From Armatimonadota bacterium (GTDB taxonomy: Bacteria; Armatimonadota; UBA5829; DSUL01): DNA of 64,000 bases. The DNA is taken from assembly GCA_039811685.1 (NCBI GenBank), contig JBDHZC010000001.1:256001-320000 (forward strand), written 5' to 3'. The position numbers and the translations under genes were made by a program. The notes beneath the pieces were generated by a model. It saw only the letters and a program-made list of their open reading frames with translations, was not told the origin of the DNA and did no database searches. Shown here in pieces: positions 29,257-38,917 of the stretch. Positions within the stretch are counted from its first letter, which is position 1. Each line of letters begins with the position of its first letter.

Positions 29257-29880
29257 GGTATCTCCTGCTACTCCTCCTCTCTGACGATTGCGAACAACAC
29301 CATTACGAACAACATCGAGAAAGGGGCAAGCCCTGACGGACCCGAGCAAGGAGGTTATGGTATTTACTGCTACTCGTCCTCTCCGACGATCATGAACAAC
29401 ACGATCTCTAGGAACGATAAGCATGGCATCTACTGCAGCGGCTCCTCTCCGACGATCGCATACAACACCATCTCGGAGAACAGTTCTTCTGGCATCGACT
29501 GCTCCTTCTCCTCGTCTCCGACTATTACGAACAACACGATCTTCGAGAGCAACTATGGCATCAGGTGCTCCTCCTCCTCCTCTCCGACGATTGCGAACAA
29601 TACAATCTCGTGGAACATCGATGATGGTATCTACTGCTCCTCCTCCTCTCCGACGATCGCGAACAACACCATCACGGGAAACGGCTATACAGGTATCTCC
29701 TGCTACTCCTCCTCCTCTCCGACGATTGCGAACAACACGATCTTCGAGAGCAACTATGGCATCAGGTGCTCCTCCTCCTCTGCGGTAATTACGAACAACA
29801 CAATTTCCGGCAACCGCGAGGTTGGTATCTCCTGCTCCTCCTCCACCCCGACGATCACGAACAACATTGTTGCTTTTAAC
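29257..29880 (+). repeat. Coding tandem repeats of about 66-69 bp (GI.C.SSSPTI.NNTI..N), array 1
   Basis: Nine parallel beta-helix units with in-frame (TCC)n tracts. Confidence 0.85.
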
Positions 29881-30599
29881 GCGAAGGGCCTTGACAACAG
29901 CAGCGGTATCCCGGTCCTCAACAACAACTGTGTTTTCAATCCGGGTGGGGTAAACTACGACGGCCTGAACGCTGGGGCGGGAGATATAAATGTTGATCCG
30001 AAGCTACAGTCGGCTCAAACTGGTAAACTTCACATTCAGCCAGACTCTCCCTGCGTAGATGCAGGACTGGACAGCGCCGTGCAGCCGGATTGGAAGGATA
30101 TGGACGGTCAGGCGCGCATACAGGGCGCGCATGTGGATATTGGGGCAGATGAGTCCGATGGGACCGTGTGGCCAGAGTATCAGCCTGTAATAGTTCGCGT
30201 CAGTCCTTCTGGGGTAGATGACGCTGCGCATGATGGCAGCAACTGGGCGCTTGCCAAGCGGACAGTTCAGGCGGGTGTGGAGGCGGCTTCCGTGGCAGGT
30301 GGGGAGGTCTGGGTTGCCGCCGGAACTTATTCTGAGCATGTGGTGATGCGAGCTTCCGTCTCTTTGTATGGCGGTTTTGCAGGGACAGAGACTTCGCGTG
30401 ATGAGCGCGACTGGACTGCTAACAGGACCATATTGGACGGTAGTGGCACAGGCTACGTGGTAAGAGGGTTTTCTCCCGGATACTTTACAAACGTGCTAGA
30501 TGGGTTTACGGTGAGGAACGGCAGCGGGGGTATCTACTGCTCCTCCTCTTCTCCTGCCATTGCCAACATGGACTGTCAACGGTTGTACGCACAATTTGT

Positions 30600-31457
30600 T
30601 TAGTTAGTCTTTCGTTCGAACTCCAAGGGGCTCAAGTAGCCCAGGCTTGAGTGCAAGCGAACCCTGTTGTAGAACACCTCGATGTAGTCGAAGATGTCTC
30701 GCCTGGCCTCGTCGCGGGTTTCGTAACGCCGATTGTGAATCAGCTCGACCTTCAAGGTGGCAAAGAAGCTCTCGGCGCACGCATTGTCCCAGCAGTTGCC
30801 TTTGCGGCTCATGCTGCAGACAAAGCCTCTGGAGCACAGCAGCTCCTGGTAGGCCATGCTCGCATACTGGCTGCCCCGATCCGAGTGTGCCACCAGGCCA
30901 TGCGCCTCGCCCCGGCGTGCAGTCGCCATCTCGAGCGCCCGCACCGCCAGGTCTGCCTCCAGGCTCTCACCCATCGACCACCCCACCACCATCCTCGAGT
31001 GCAAATCCAGCACCGCCGCCAGATACAGCCACCCTTCCGCTGTGGGCACATAGGTGATGTCTGTTGCCCATACCCGGTTAGGCTCATCTACATCGAAGCT
31101 CCGCTCCAGAACGTTAGCGGCCACAGGAAGGCTGTGGCGGGAGTTGGTTGTCGAGACGAGGCGCTTCTTCTTCAGTCCTTGAAGACGCGTCTTGCGCATC
31201 AGGCGCATCACACGCCTCTGGCCTACCGTCTCTCCTGCGGCCACCAGGCTCCTGTGCACTCTGCGCACCCCGTAGGTCTTCCGACTCTTTGCGTGCACCT
31301 GGCGTATGCGCTCCGCCAGTCGCTCGTCTTCCTGCGATCTGTGGCTTCTCGGGCGCACCAGCCAAGCACAGAAGCCGCTCCGGGACACTCGCAGAACCCG
31401 GCACATCGCCGCCACCGGATACTCCGCGGCATGCGATTTGATGAAGGCGTACCTCAA
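30600..31457 (-). CDS. IS3 transposase OrfB (DDE/rve)
   Basis: 'WATDITY', 'HSDRGSQY', 'DNACAESFF.TLK.E' and 'FYN..RLHSSLGY.SP'. Confidence 0.95.
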   Translation of the reverse strand: MRYAFIKSHAAEYPVAAMCRVLRVSRSGFCAWLVRPRSHRSQEDERLAERIRQVHAKSRKTYGVRRVHRSLVAAGETVGQRRVMRLMRKTRLQGLKKKRLVSTTNSRHSLPVAANVLERSFDVDEPNRVWATDITYVPTAEGWLYLAAVLDLHSRMVVGWSMGESLEADLAVRALEMATARRGEAHGLVAHSDRGSQYASMAYQELLCSRGFVCSMSRKGNCWDNACAESFFATLKVELIHNRRYETRDEARRDIFDYIEVFYNRVRLHSSLGYLSPLEFERKTN

Positions 31458-31744
31458 AGCTGGTCTTTCGCGAAGTACGCCGCCGCTTTTTTTAGGATGT
31501 CGCGCTCCATCTCCAGGCGCTTCACATCCCTGCGCAGGCGCGCGAGCTCCGCCTTCTCGTCCGCTGAGAGCGCAGCTCCTCCAGATGCCGATCCCTTACG
31601 TTGCTGGATCCATCGATACAGCACCGTCTCACAGATCCCCAAGTCTCTTGCGATCTTAGCCTTCGGGACATCTCCTTGCTCAGCTAGCCGCACGGCCTCC
31701 GCCTTGAACTCGTCTGTGTACTGTCGTCTTGTGGACATAATCAC
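31454..31744 (-). CDS. IS3 transposase OrfA (HTH and leucine zipper)
   Basis: 'RRQYTDEFK.EAV', 'IARDLGI....LYRW' and 'ERDILKKAAAYFA'. Confidence 0.93.
   Translation of the reverse strand: MIMSTRRQYTDEFKAEAVRLAEQGDVPKAKIARDLGICETVLYRWIQQRKGSASGGAALSADEKAELARLRRDVKRLEMERDILKKAAAYFAKDQL
31486..31493 (-). promoter_or_regulatory. -1 programmed frameshift site (A7G) producing OrfAB
   Basis: CTA AAA AAA GCG in orfA; the -1 frame is open (KSGGVLRERPALRY) into orfB. Confidence 0.8.
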
Positions 31745-31801
31745 TCCTCAAGCAGAATCATACCTGCTTAGCCATATGTCCGTACAAGCGTACACGGTCC
31801 A

Positions 31802-32295
31802 ACAACACCATCTCGGGGAACAACTATGGTGTCTACTGCTCCTCCTCCTCCTCCCCGACGATCGCAAACAACACCATCTCGGAGAACAGTTCTTCTGGCA
31901 TCGACTGCTCCTTCTCCTCCTCTCCGACCATCACCAACAACACCATCACCGGAAACAATACAGCTGGTATCGACTGCTCCTTCTCCTCCTCTCCGACCAT
32001 CACCAACAACACCATCACCGGAAACAATACAGCTGGTATCGACTGCTCCTACTCCTCCTCTCCGACGATTGCGAACAACACCATCTCGGGGAACAGTTAT
32101 GATGGTATCTCCTGCTTCTCCTCCTCTCCGACCATCACCAACAACACGATCGCCTTGAACTACGACGGTATCTACTGCTACCACTCCTCCTCGCCGACGA
32201 TCACGAACAACACGATCTCGGGGAACGACGACGCCGGTATCTACTGCTCCTCCTCCTCCTCTCCGACGATCACGAACAACATTGTTGCTTTTAGC
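31802..32295 (+). repeat. Coding tandem repeats, array 2 of the beta-helix gene
   Basis: Includes a perfect 69-bp tandem duplication, 31900-31968 / 31969-32037. Confidence 0.85.
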
Positions 32296-33974
32296 GCTAA
32301 GGGCATTTACAGGCTCGGCAGCGGTACTCCGACGCTCAACAATAACTGCGTGTTTAACCCGGCTGGTACTAGTTACGATGGGCTAAGCGCTGGGACAGGG
32401 GACATCAGTGCCGACCCACTGTTTGCTGATCGCGCCAACGGGGACTTCCACTTGCAGAGCGCCTCACCGTGTATAGATGCAGGACTGGATAGCGCTGTGC
32501 CCTCCTGGCTGCTGACGGATATGGACGGCCAGCCACGCATCAGCGGCCTGCATGTGGATATTGGAGCAGATGAGTATGTGCTTGAACTACCGGCAGCCGA
32601 CATCCCTGAAGCCCGGGGCCGCAAAGACGGCGCTCAGGTTTCACTCTCGGGTGTCATTGTGACAGCAGTCTGGCCAGATGCTTTCTACATCGAGCAGCCC
32701 GACCGGGCTTGTGGCATACGGGTGCAAAAGACCGCTCATGGTTTGAGTGTAGGCCAGTCGGCTACTATCTCAGGGACTATGGCCACCAATTCAGATGGTG
32801 AGCGCTACATAGCCGCCTCAAGCGCTTCGGGAAGTGCTGGGCAAATCCTGACTGCTCTCACGGTCAGCCAGCGCTTACTTGGTGGCGCTGCCAGCTCGGA
32901 CTACTCTCCAACGGCCGGTACAGGTCAGCGGGGTGTGAAGAACGGCGTTGATCTGAACAACATTGGTCTTCTTGTGCGCGTGTCAGGTACGGTGACCTAC
33001 GTAGACCCGAACGGGCAGTTCTTTACCATCTGGGACGGTTCGAGTGTGAAGGACAGCGACGGTCACCAGGGCGTACGTATCTTCGCCCCTGGCTTGAGTC
33101 TGCCCACCGTCGGCCAGTTTGTCACCGTCACCGGCGCAAGCTCCTGCTACAAGGTCGGAAGCGACCTGTATCCACTGGTCCGCGTGCGTAATGCGAGTGA
33201 TATTCAGACGCCGTGAGAGCGGTCTGAAAGCAATAACATTGTAAGCCAGCACTTCCTGCCCTGTAGTATAGGCCCTTGAAAAAGTGGGCTGCTGCGGGGT
33301 AGGATCTGTTGGGTCTGTGCACGTTATGCTTTTCACGAACGCTGCTGATGCTGAAATTGGCTGAAGGAACGAAGCGCCATTTAGCCTACTGGCAGCAGTT
33401 TTCGCAGCTCCGCAGCGCCCTGGCAAAGTTCGCAGCAAACGTGACAGCCTCAGTACATTTCCCAAAGTGTAGATTACCTCTTGACAAGTGGGGGTAGTGT
33501 AGCGTAGTTTCTACTGGACGAGAGGCGCGGCGCGCTGCCGGAGCAAATCCAGGCTCAGATGGGGATGCTCAAACTGAGGAAGCGTGCCTGAGGGGCTGTT
33601 TAGCCAGCCGTCGCCACTCCCCCGGTTTTATCCCGGTTCAAAAAGTCCCAGCTCTTGCTGCTGGGATTTCGCGCGTGTGGGTAGCGTCTATGAACGCTGC
33701 CCCCTGACACCGTATCAGTGCGGCAGACAACGCGTTTGGCTCGGATACGGGAAGAGCCGGAAGATTCGGCAACGGACTTTACGTCAATACTGTTGCCTGC
33801 TTCTGTCAGAGAGGAGCACATTCCAATTCACAGAGTTCAAGAGGATATATCGGGAGGCCAGCCTGGACCTGCCTGCATTGTGAGCCCGCAGCGATATTGC
33901 GACGGCTGTGGACTTCGGCAAATGGGTAAGTTCGGGTCATCGGTAAGGAGGCCACGCCGAAGGGAGAAACGGCA

Positions 33975-34520
33975 TTGAATCTTCAGGACAAGATCTACAT
34001 TATAGCCCTTGCTGGAATGGGGCTGATCGCGCTTCTGTTTATTTATGTGCTCGCGAATGCGGGCAGGCCATTGCGCGAAGAAGAAAAGGCAGGATCCATG
34101 GGTATCGCATACCGCATGCGAACGTGGCTTTTTGTCATTCTGCTGGTGATCTTCTTCGTTGGCACGTGGGGTACGCTCTGGCACTATCCTATTCCACCGC
34201 AGCACGTGGCGCTGAATCCACCGCAGGTCGTAAACGTCACAGGGCGTATGTGGTCGTGGCAGATCGAGCCACCCACGGTGCATGCGGGCTCGGATGTGGA
34301 GTTCCGTGTCTCCAGCAGTGACGTCAATCACGGTTTTGCAATCTATGGGCCGGACGGCCGTATTGTAGCCCAGGTGCAGGCGATGCCTGGCTACACCAAC
34401 AAGCTGTTGCACAACTTTGACAAACCCGGAACATACACCGCGCGCTGTCTGGAGTTTTGCGGGTTGGCGCATGCGCAGATGGCTGCTCCTATTCAGGTCG
34501 TCGCGAGCAAGGGGGAATAA
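33975..34520 (+). CDS. Heme-copper oxidoreductase subunit II with CuA site (NorS-like)
   Basis: Two TM helices, then cupredoxin 'SSDVNHGF', 'QAMPG' and 'CLEFCGLAHAQM'; TTG start with GGAG RBS. Confidence 0.9.
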   Translation: MNLQDKIYIIALAGMGLIALLFIYVLANAGRPLREEEKAGSMGIAYRMRTWLFVILLVIFFVGTWGTLWHYPIPPQHVALNPPQVVNVTGRMWSWQIEPPTVHAGSDVEFRVSSSDVNHGFAIYGPDGRIVAQVQAMPGYTNKLLHNFDKPGTYTARCLEFCGLAHAQMAAPIQVVASKGE

Positions 34521-34522
34521 CG

Positions 34523-36025
34523 ATGGCGTCTCTCACTCTCTATCCTGCAGAAGAAAGGCTCGAAGGCGGCAGCAGAGTCACCTTCGACCTTTATATGATC
34601 ACAGCCGTTACGCTCTTTGTCGTGATGATGCTGATCGGGCTGACTATGCGCATGACACAGGCGACATGGTTGAACGTGAACCCGGCTCTGTTTTACCGGC
34701 TCCTTTCCATGCATGGCGCTGGTATGGTAGGCACGGCGTCCATTGCTACGACGGCTGTAATGTGGTTCTTTCTGCGTAAGTACGTCGGACTGCATCTCTG
34801 GGCGTTTGTCGCGAACTATGTGCTGTTTATGCTTGGCGCGCTGTGTGTCATAGTCTCGATCTTCTTTGGAGGGTACGGCGCGTTGTGGACGTTCCTGTAT
34901 CCTCTTCCGGTTCACGGTATGGGACTGTGGAGCAACAACGCCTCGGCTCTTTTCCTCGTTGGCTATCTTTTAATCGGCGTCGGAAGTCTCGTCTTCTACC
35001 TTGACGCTGCTGCCGCTATTATCAAGGTGTACGGAAACCTCGGACGTGGGTTAGGCCTGCAGTGGCTTTTTGGCGGAGAGATCAACCCGGATCACCCTAA
35101 GGCTGTCGTCGCCAGCTCCATGGTGATCATAGCAAACTCACTCGGGATTCTTGCGGGATCAGTGGTCCTGGTAATGAATCTGGTCAATATCTACTACCCG
35201 CAGATCACGCTCAATGCGCTCTTTGCCAAGAATCTGACGTACTGGTTCGGCCACATGTACATCAACGCTACCATCTATATGGGCGTGATGGCAGTCTATG
35301 AGCTTTTGCCCAGGTACACTGGCCGGCCTTATCCGATTTCCAGACCGTTCATCTGGTCATGGGCCGCAAGCTGTCTGTTCGTAATCGTTGTGTATCCGCA
35401 CCACTTGATGATTGACTTCGCGCAGCCTCGCTGGCTCACCATTATGGGGCAGGTAGTGTCCTGGAGCGCGGGCTTCCCCGTGTTTTGCGTGACAGCTTAC
35501 GGAGCTATGACGAATATCCACCGGTCCGGAATCCGCTGGACGATGCCTTCCCGGCTGATGGCGCTATCCATGTTTGGATGGGCAGCGGGTATCGTGCCTG
35601 CAATTTTGGACGGGACCGTGCGCAACAACCTGGTGATGCACAATACTCAGTGGGTTCCGGGACACTTTCACTTCTATCTGCTCCTCGGTGTGCTTTCCAT
35701 GGTGCTGGCGCTGATCTACCACGTGCTTGGAAACCGCGCAAACGCGGTGCCGAACTCGGGTCTGGATCGGACAGGATTTTTTGTGTATCTCATCGGAGGC
35801 CTGATTTTCACACTCGCTTTCCTGAGCGCGGGCCATCAGAGCGTGGCGCGGCGCATGGCCACCCATCTGCCGGAGTGGACACTTACGGATAAGGTAGGAT
35901 CGGTGGGCGCAACTCTGGTCGTTTTGGGTATGCTGTACTACGCAATTCGAATTATCGTTGGGCTGCTTGGTCGGCCTGTGGTTATAGATACGTCTCATGC
36001 CCATCCTGCGGACACTGCTGGCTAG
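34523..36025 (+). CDS. Heme-copper oxidoreductase subunit I, sNOR-type nitric oxide reductase (NorY-like)
   Basis: All six His ligands present (SMHG, FGHMYIN, YPHH, GHFH). Helix VI has H-x3-N where O2 reductases have the cross-linking H-x3-Y. Confidence 0.8.
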   Translation: MASLTLYPAEERLEGGSRVTFDLYMITAVTLFVVMMLIGLTMRMTQATWLNVNPALFYRLLSMHGAGMVGTASIATTAVMWFFLRKYVGLHLWAFVANYVLFMLGALCVIVSIFFGGYGALWTFLYPLPVHGMGLWSNNASALFLVGYLLIGVGSLVFYLDAAAAIIKVYGNLGRGLGLQWLFGGEINPDHPKAVVASSMVIIANSLGILAGSVVLVMNLVNIYYPQITLNALFAKNLTYWFGHMYINATIYMGVMAVYELLPRYTGRPYPISRPFIWSWAASCLFVIVVYPHHLMIDFAQPRWLTIMGQVVSWSAGFPVFCVTAYGAMTNIHRSGIRWTMPSRLMALSMFGWAAGIVPAILDGTVRNNLVMHNTQWVPGHFHFYLLLGVLSMVLALIYHVLGNRANAVPNSGLDRTGFFVYLIGGLIFTLAFLSAGHQSVARRMATHLPEWTLTDKVGSVGATLVVLGMLYYAIRIIVGLLGRPVVIDTSHAHPADTAG

Positions 36026-36614
36026 CCTGCTGGTTCTCACAGCGGGCTTGACAACCTTTTCGTATGCGACAAACGGCTTTCGCGCTTACACCAGCGAGAG
36101 CGCCAGGCGCATAGAGGTGCGGGAGCACCCGCGTAAAGTACCGGATGTCCTGCTTGTGACTGCGGACGCAAGTAGGACATCCTTTGCTTCTCTGCGCGGA
36201 AGATGGTTGCTGGTGGAGTTCATCTATACGGGATGCGCCTCCTATTGCGCGCTGCAGGGAGATGACTTTTCGCGTCTGCAGGATCGTCTGAAAGGGCCGC
36301 TTGCGCGTCGCAAGGTCGAATTGGTGAGCATCAGCTTCGACTTGAAGCAAGATGGGCCGGATCGCCTGGCAGGCTATCAGAAACGCTTTGGTGATCGCGG
36401 TGTTGGCTGGCTGGCTGCACGACCGCTGGATCAGAAAGGGTTAGCAAAGCTCATGCGGGTGTTCGGTGTTACCGCTGTCCCAGATGGCGCAGGTGGCTTT
36501 GTTCACAACGCAGCAATAGCGATTGTTGATCCGCAGGGACGTCTGGTGGCGATAGTAAACTGGAATGATCTGAACGCCGCCGAGCAGTACGTAACTCACC
36601 GGCTCACGACGTGA
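35997..36614 (+). CDS. SCO1/SenC copper chaperone
   Basis: 'FIYTGCASYC' (CxxxC), 'SISFD...D', 'FVHNAA' and 'VDPQGRL'. Confidence 0.9.
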   Translation: MPILRTLLASLLVLTAGLTTFSYATNGFRAYTSESARRIEVREHPRKVPDVLLVTADASRTSFASLRGRWLLVEFIYTGCASYCALQGDDFSRLQDRLKGPLARRKVELVSISFDLKQDGPDRLAGYQKRFGDRGVGWLAARPLDQKGLAKLMRVFGVTAVPDGAGGFVHNAAIAIVDPQGRLVAIVNWNDLNAAEQYVTHRLTT

Positions 36615-37192
36615 AGCCTTCGCCGCGGAGCAGCGCGCTGGCTGGCGCAGTGCTCTGGGTGATCCTCGCTCTTCCTCCTGTCCGGCATGTCCTTGAATCG
36701 GAATTGACGCCGCAGGTACTTGTCCAGATCCCCCTTCTGGCGTTGGCGGGGGCTTTGCTCGCGCGGCTGTTTTCTCGCCGCCTCGACACCGTAATGCGTC
36801 TGTGGAACGATGGTGGCATTCCGGGTCTATTGCTTGCGTCCGTTGCCGGAATGACGTGGATGCTGCCTCGCCTGATGGACGCATCCATCAACGAGGAAGG
36901 CTATGCGCTGGCAAAGTTTCTCACAGTGCCACTGCTAGTTGGAGTGCCGGTGGCCTTGAGTTGGCCAAAAAGCGGCTTCGTCACGCGGGGTGTTTTGCTG
37001 CTGGAGGTCGTGGCGACAGCTTTCCGGATGGGGTGGCTCTACCTGGTGTCGCCAGAGCGCCTGTGCAGCAACTACCTCCTTGGGGATCAACAACGGCTTG
37101 GCAAGCTACTGGTAGCGATCGGAGTTGTTATTGCGTTAGTCCTGGCCTGGCAGTTGATCTGGGGCCGCGTTCGCGTGGAGAGCCCTCAATAG
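36611..37192 (+). CDS. Membrane protein, fourth gene of the sNOR-type cluster
   Basis: Multi-TM; 'WMLPR.MD' and 'PERLC.NYL..DQ'; 4-bp overlap with SCO. Confidence 0.7.
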   Translation: MKPSPRSSALAGAVLWVILALPPVRHVLESELTPQVLVQIPLLALAGALLARLFSRRLDTVMRLWNDGGIPGLLLASVAGMTWMLPRLMDASINEEGYALAKFLTVPLLVGVPVALSWPKSGFVTRGVLLLEVVATAFRMGWLYLVSPERLCSNYLLGDQQRLGKLLVAIGVVIALVLAWQLIWGRVRVESPQ

Positions 37193-37285
37193 GCTCCCAT
37201 CAGGTGCGCAGGAGCCAGATACGATCTCTTTGTGTTCTCGAATCCGTCCCAACTGCAACGCGAAAAGCGCCGCCTGCGCCAACCC

Positions 37286-38917
37286 TCAGCGCGCGATATA
37301 CACGTGGTACTGATAGGTCAGCTCGCGCTCTTGACCGGCTGGCAGGTCGAACTCCCATTCGACTTCGGAGGTCGGATTGTAGGCATCCAGCTTCTTGGCG
37401 ACGCGCGTAACCCTGCTGGCCTGGCCACTGGACTTCACTTCACCGACCACAGATTTCACAACGTGCATCTTCACCGTCTCGTTTTTGAAGTTCTTGACCA
37501 CAAGCTTTCCATCCACCACAACGTCATCAATGCTGCGGTGGAAGATCTCCATGGGGGTTCGCGACACTTCCGTCTGAGTCTGGTCCGCCTTGATGTCTGC
37601 CGAGATTGTGAGCTTGAGGGAGCTTCGGCCGCCCGGAGGGGTGTAGCGCAGGGTGTCCTGAGCAACGGGCATGTTGGCGCGCATCGTAAGGGCCGGAGCT
37701 GTTGTCCAGCGTTCATTTCCCTTGTTGATGAGCCGCAGAGCGTGCCAGACGGGAGCTTCGTCCTGAGTGCTCGGGTTGCTGTCGTTGCGCCGATAGCCCC
37801 GGTCATCAATGTTCATGCTGTCCGGAATCTCCCACTCATAGACGTGCTCATAGGGCGCTTTCGTTGTAAAGACGGTGTAGCGCGCCCGGTCTCCCTTTTT
37901 CAGGGTCACGTTTTTCTGCTGGTAGGTGAACAGGTCTTCGTTGGCTTCACCGGCCATAGACGCACCCGCGCTGTAAATGAGCTCGCGTGAGCGCTCCGCA
38001 TATCCTCCGTACCCAACAGACTGCGCCATCACGTTCGAGAGCGATCCAAACTCCTGTCGTGAGCCTGAGCGAGACAGGCCCTGCATAAGCTGTGAGATAG
38101 ACTGCTGCAGCGCCAGTGGCGTAATGGTGTCAGCAAACGCAAAGTTTGGAAAGCCGACCACGAAGTAAACATCCGTATTGTCCAGGTCTTCGGCGTCGTT
38201 TGCCAGAACAGCCTCAAGCGTGATAGACGCCTCCTTCGGATCCGTGATGTCCACAAGGTAGCCTGGACTCCAGTTGATGCCCTTCTCGATGTAAGACAGA
38301 GCCAGCTCGCACCTTTCCCGGGAGCCGCTGATGTGCGCTTTGGCGCGAGGAACCTCCACTTCACGCGAAACTTCCACAGAGCTTCCGTCCGGCAGAGTGA
38401 CCTGACGTATAAAGGTTTTGTCCAGCGCGAGGGTCTGACCGTCCGCGCTTTTGAGAAGCACAATCTGCGATGCGTCCGGCGGGATACTTCGAAGCGGGTT
38501 TCCGGGCGTAGCCGCTGCCGGCGCTGGAAACGGCAGAACAGTTCCCCTTATCGTCTGAGCTTCGCTCGTCGGCGCGTAAACGACGCCGACTTCTCTTCCA
38601 ACATTCGCAGCCAGCAGATCTGCGAAGCTCGTCGCGCTGGCGGGTTTGCGCTCCGCACTGTTGAAAGAGATGACCTGCGTCACGCGCGCGGACGGGTCGG
38701 TCGTGCCCACCCAGTATGTGCCAAGCACTGCGGGTGGCACAGGGGCGAGCATTGTCCAGCCGTCCTGAAGGCGCGCTTCCCCCGTTCTGAACACAAAACC
38801 CAGACCATTCTTGAACGCAGCCAGCGACCGGACTTTTGTTCTGGCTTCAGGCAGCGTGGCGGCCTGTACCGAAGCGCACGTCCCCACCAACACACACATT
38901 GCGATCCATCTTTTCAT
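37286..38917 (-). CDS. Secreted DUF4139-like protein
   Basis: Signal peptide; 'FKNGLGF', 'LSY...GINW.P.Y', 'N..EDL' and C-terminal 'LPAG..REL.Y.Y'. Confidence 0.7.
   Translation of the reverse strand: MKRWIAMCVLVGTCASVQAATLPEARTKVRSLAAFKNGLGFVFRTGEARLQDGWTMLAPVPPAVLGTYWVGTTDPSARVTQVISFNSAERKPASATSFADLLAANVGREVGVVYAPTSEAQTIRGTVLPFPAPAAATPGNPLRSIPPDASQIVLLKSADGQTLALDKTFIRQVTLPDGSSVEVSREVEVPRAKAHISGSRERCELALSYIEKGINWSPGYLVDITDPKEASITLEAVLANDAEDLDNTDVYFVVGFPNFAFADTITPLALQQSISQLMQGLSRSGSRQEFGSLSNVMAQSVGYGGYAERSRELIYSAGASMAGEANEDLFTYQQKNVTLKKGDRARYTVFTTKAPYEHVYEWEIPDSMNIDDRGYRRNDSNPSTQDEAPVWHALRLINKGNERWTTAPALTMRANMPVAQDTLRYTPPGGRSSLKLTISADIKADQTQTEVSRTPMEIFHRSIDDVVVDGKLVVKNFKNETVKMHVVKSVVGEVKSSGQASRVTRVAKKLDAYNPTSEVEWEFDLPAGQERELTYQYHVYIAR

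Larger units (their letters stand above)
30569..31801 (-). mobile_element. IS3-family insertion sequence, 1,233 bp
   Basis: TG...CA ends; imperfect IRs TGGACTGTCAACGGTTGTACGCACA / TGGACCGTGTACGCTTGTACGGACA; 3-bp target duplication ACA (30566-30568 and 31802-31804); orfA and orfB. Confidence 0.95.
27994..33216 (+). pseudogene. Large secreted right-handed beta-helix repeat protein interrupted by IS3
   Basis: Removing the IS and one ACA copy joins 27994-30568 to 31805-33216 in frame (…AIAN-NTISG…), giving 1,329 codons including the stop. Signal-like helix, FN3-associated 'IHYTLNG.DPT', two beta-helix modules and a C-terminal module. Confidence 0.88.

Noticed and set aside
30651..32102. 483-aa + strand ORF across the IS
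   Set aside because: Antisense shadow of the transposase plus an off-frame reading of the repeats.
29257..32295. Diversity-generating retroelement (AAC-rich repeats with many NNC/NNT variable codons)
   Set aside because: No reverse transcriptase or non-coding template repeat in the window. The repeats are in-frame beta-helix units and differences are not confined to adenines.
29257..32295. CRISPR array (period of about 66-69 bp)
   Set aside because: Units are coding and in frame, there is no invariant repeat with unique spacers, and no cas genes are present.
32155..33216. Independent 353-aa gene
   Set aside because: It is the in-frame 3' part of the IS-interrupted gene.
33256..33304. IS-end or MITE remnant around AGGCCCTTGAAAAAGT in a long hairpin
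   Set aside because: No partner end or second copy seen; more simply a hairpin after the gene stop.
34523..36025. Ordinary aa3/ba3 cytochrome c oxidase
   Set aside because: The helix VI cross-link Tyr position is Asn, and there is no subunit III or heme A synthesis gene in the cluster.
37232..37990. Long alternative ORFs (also 24295-25098, 43620-44501, 48838-49713)
   Set aside because: Antisense shadows of real genes, expected at high GC.
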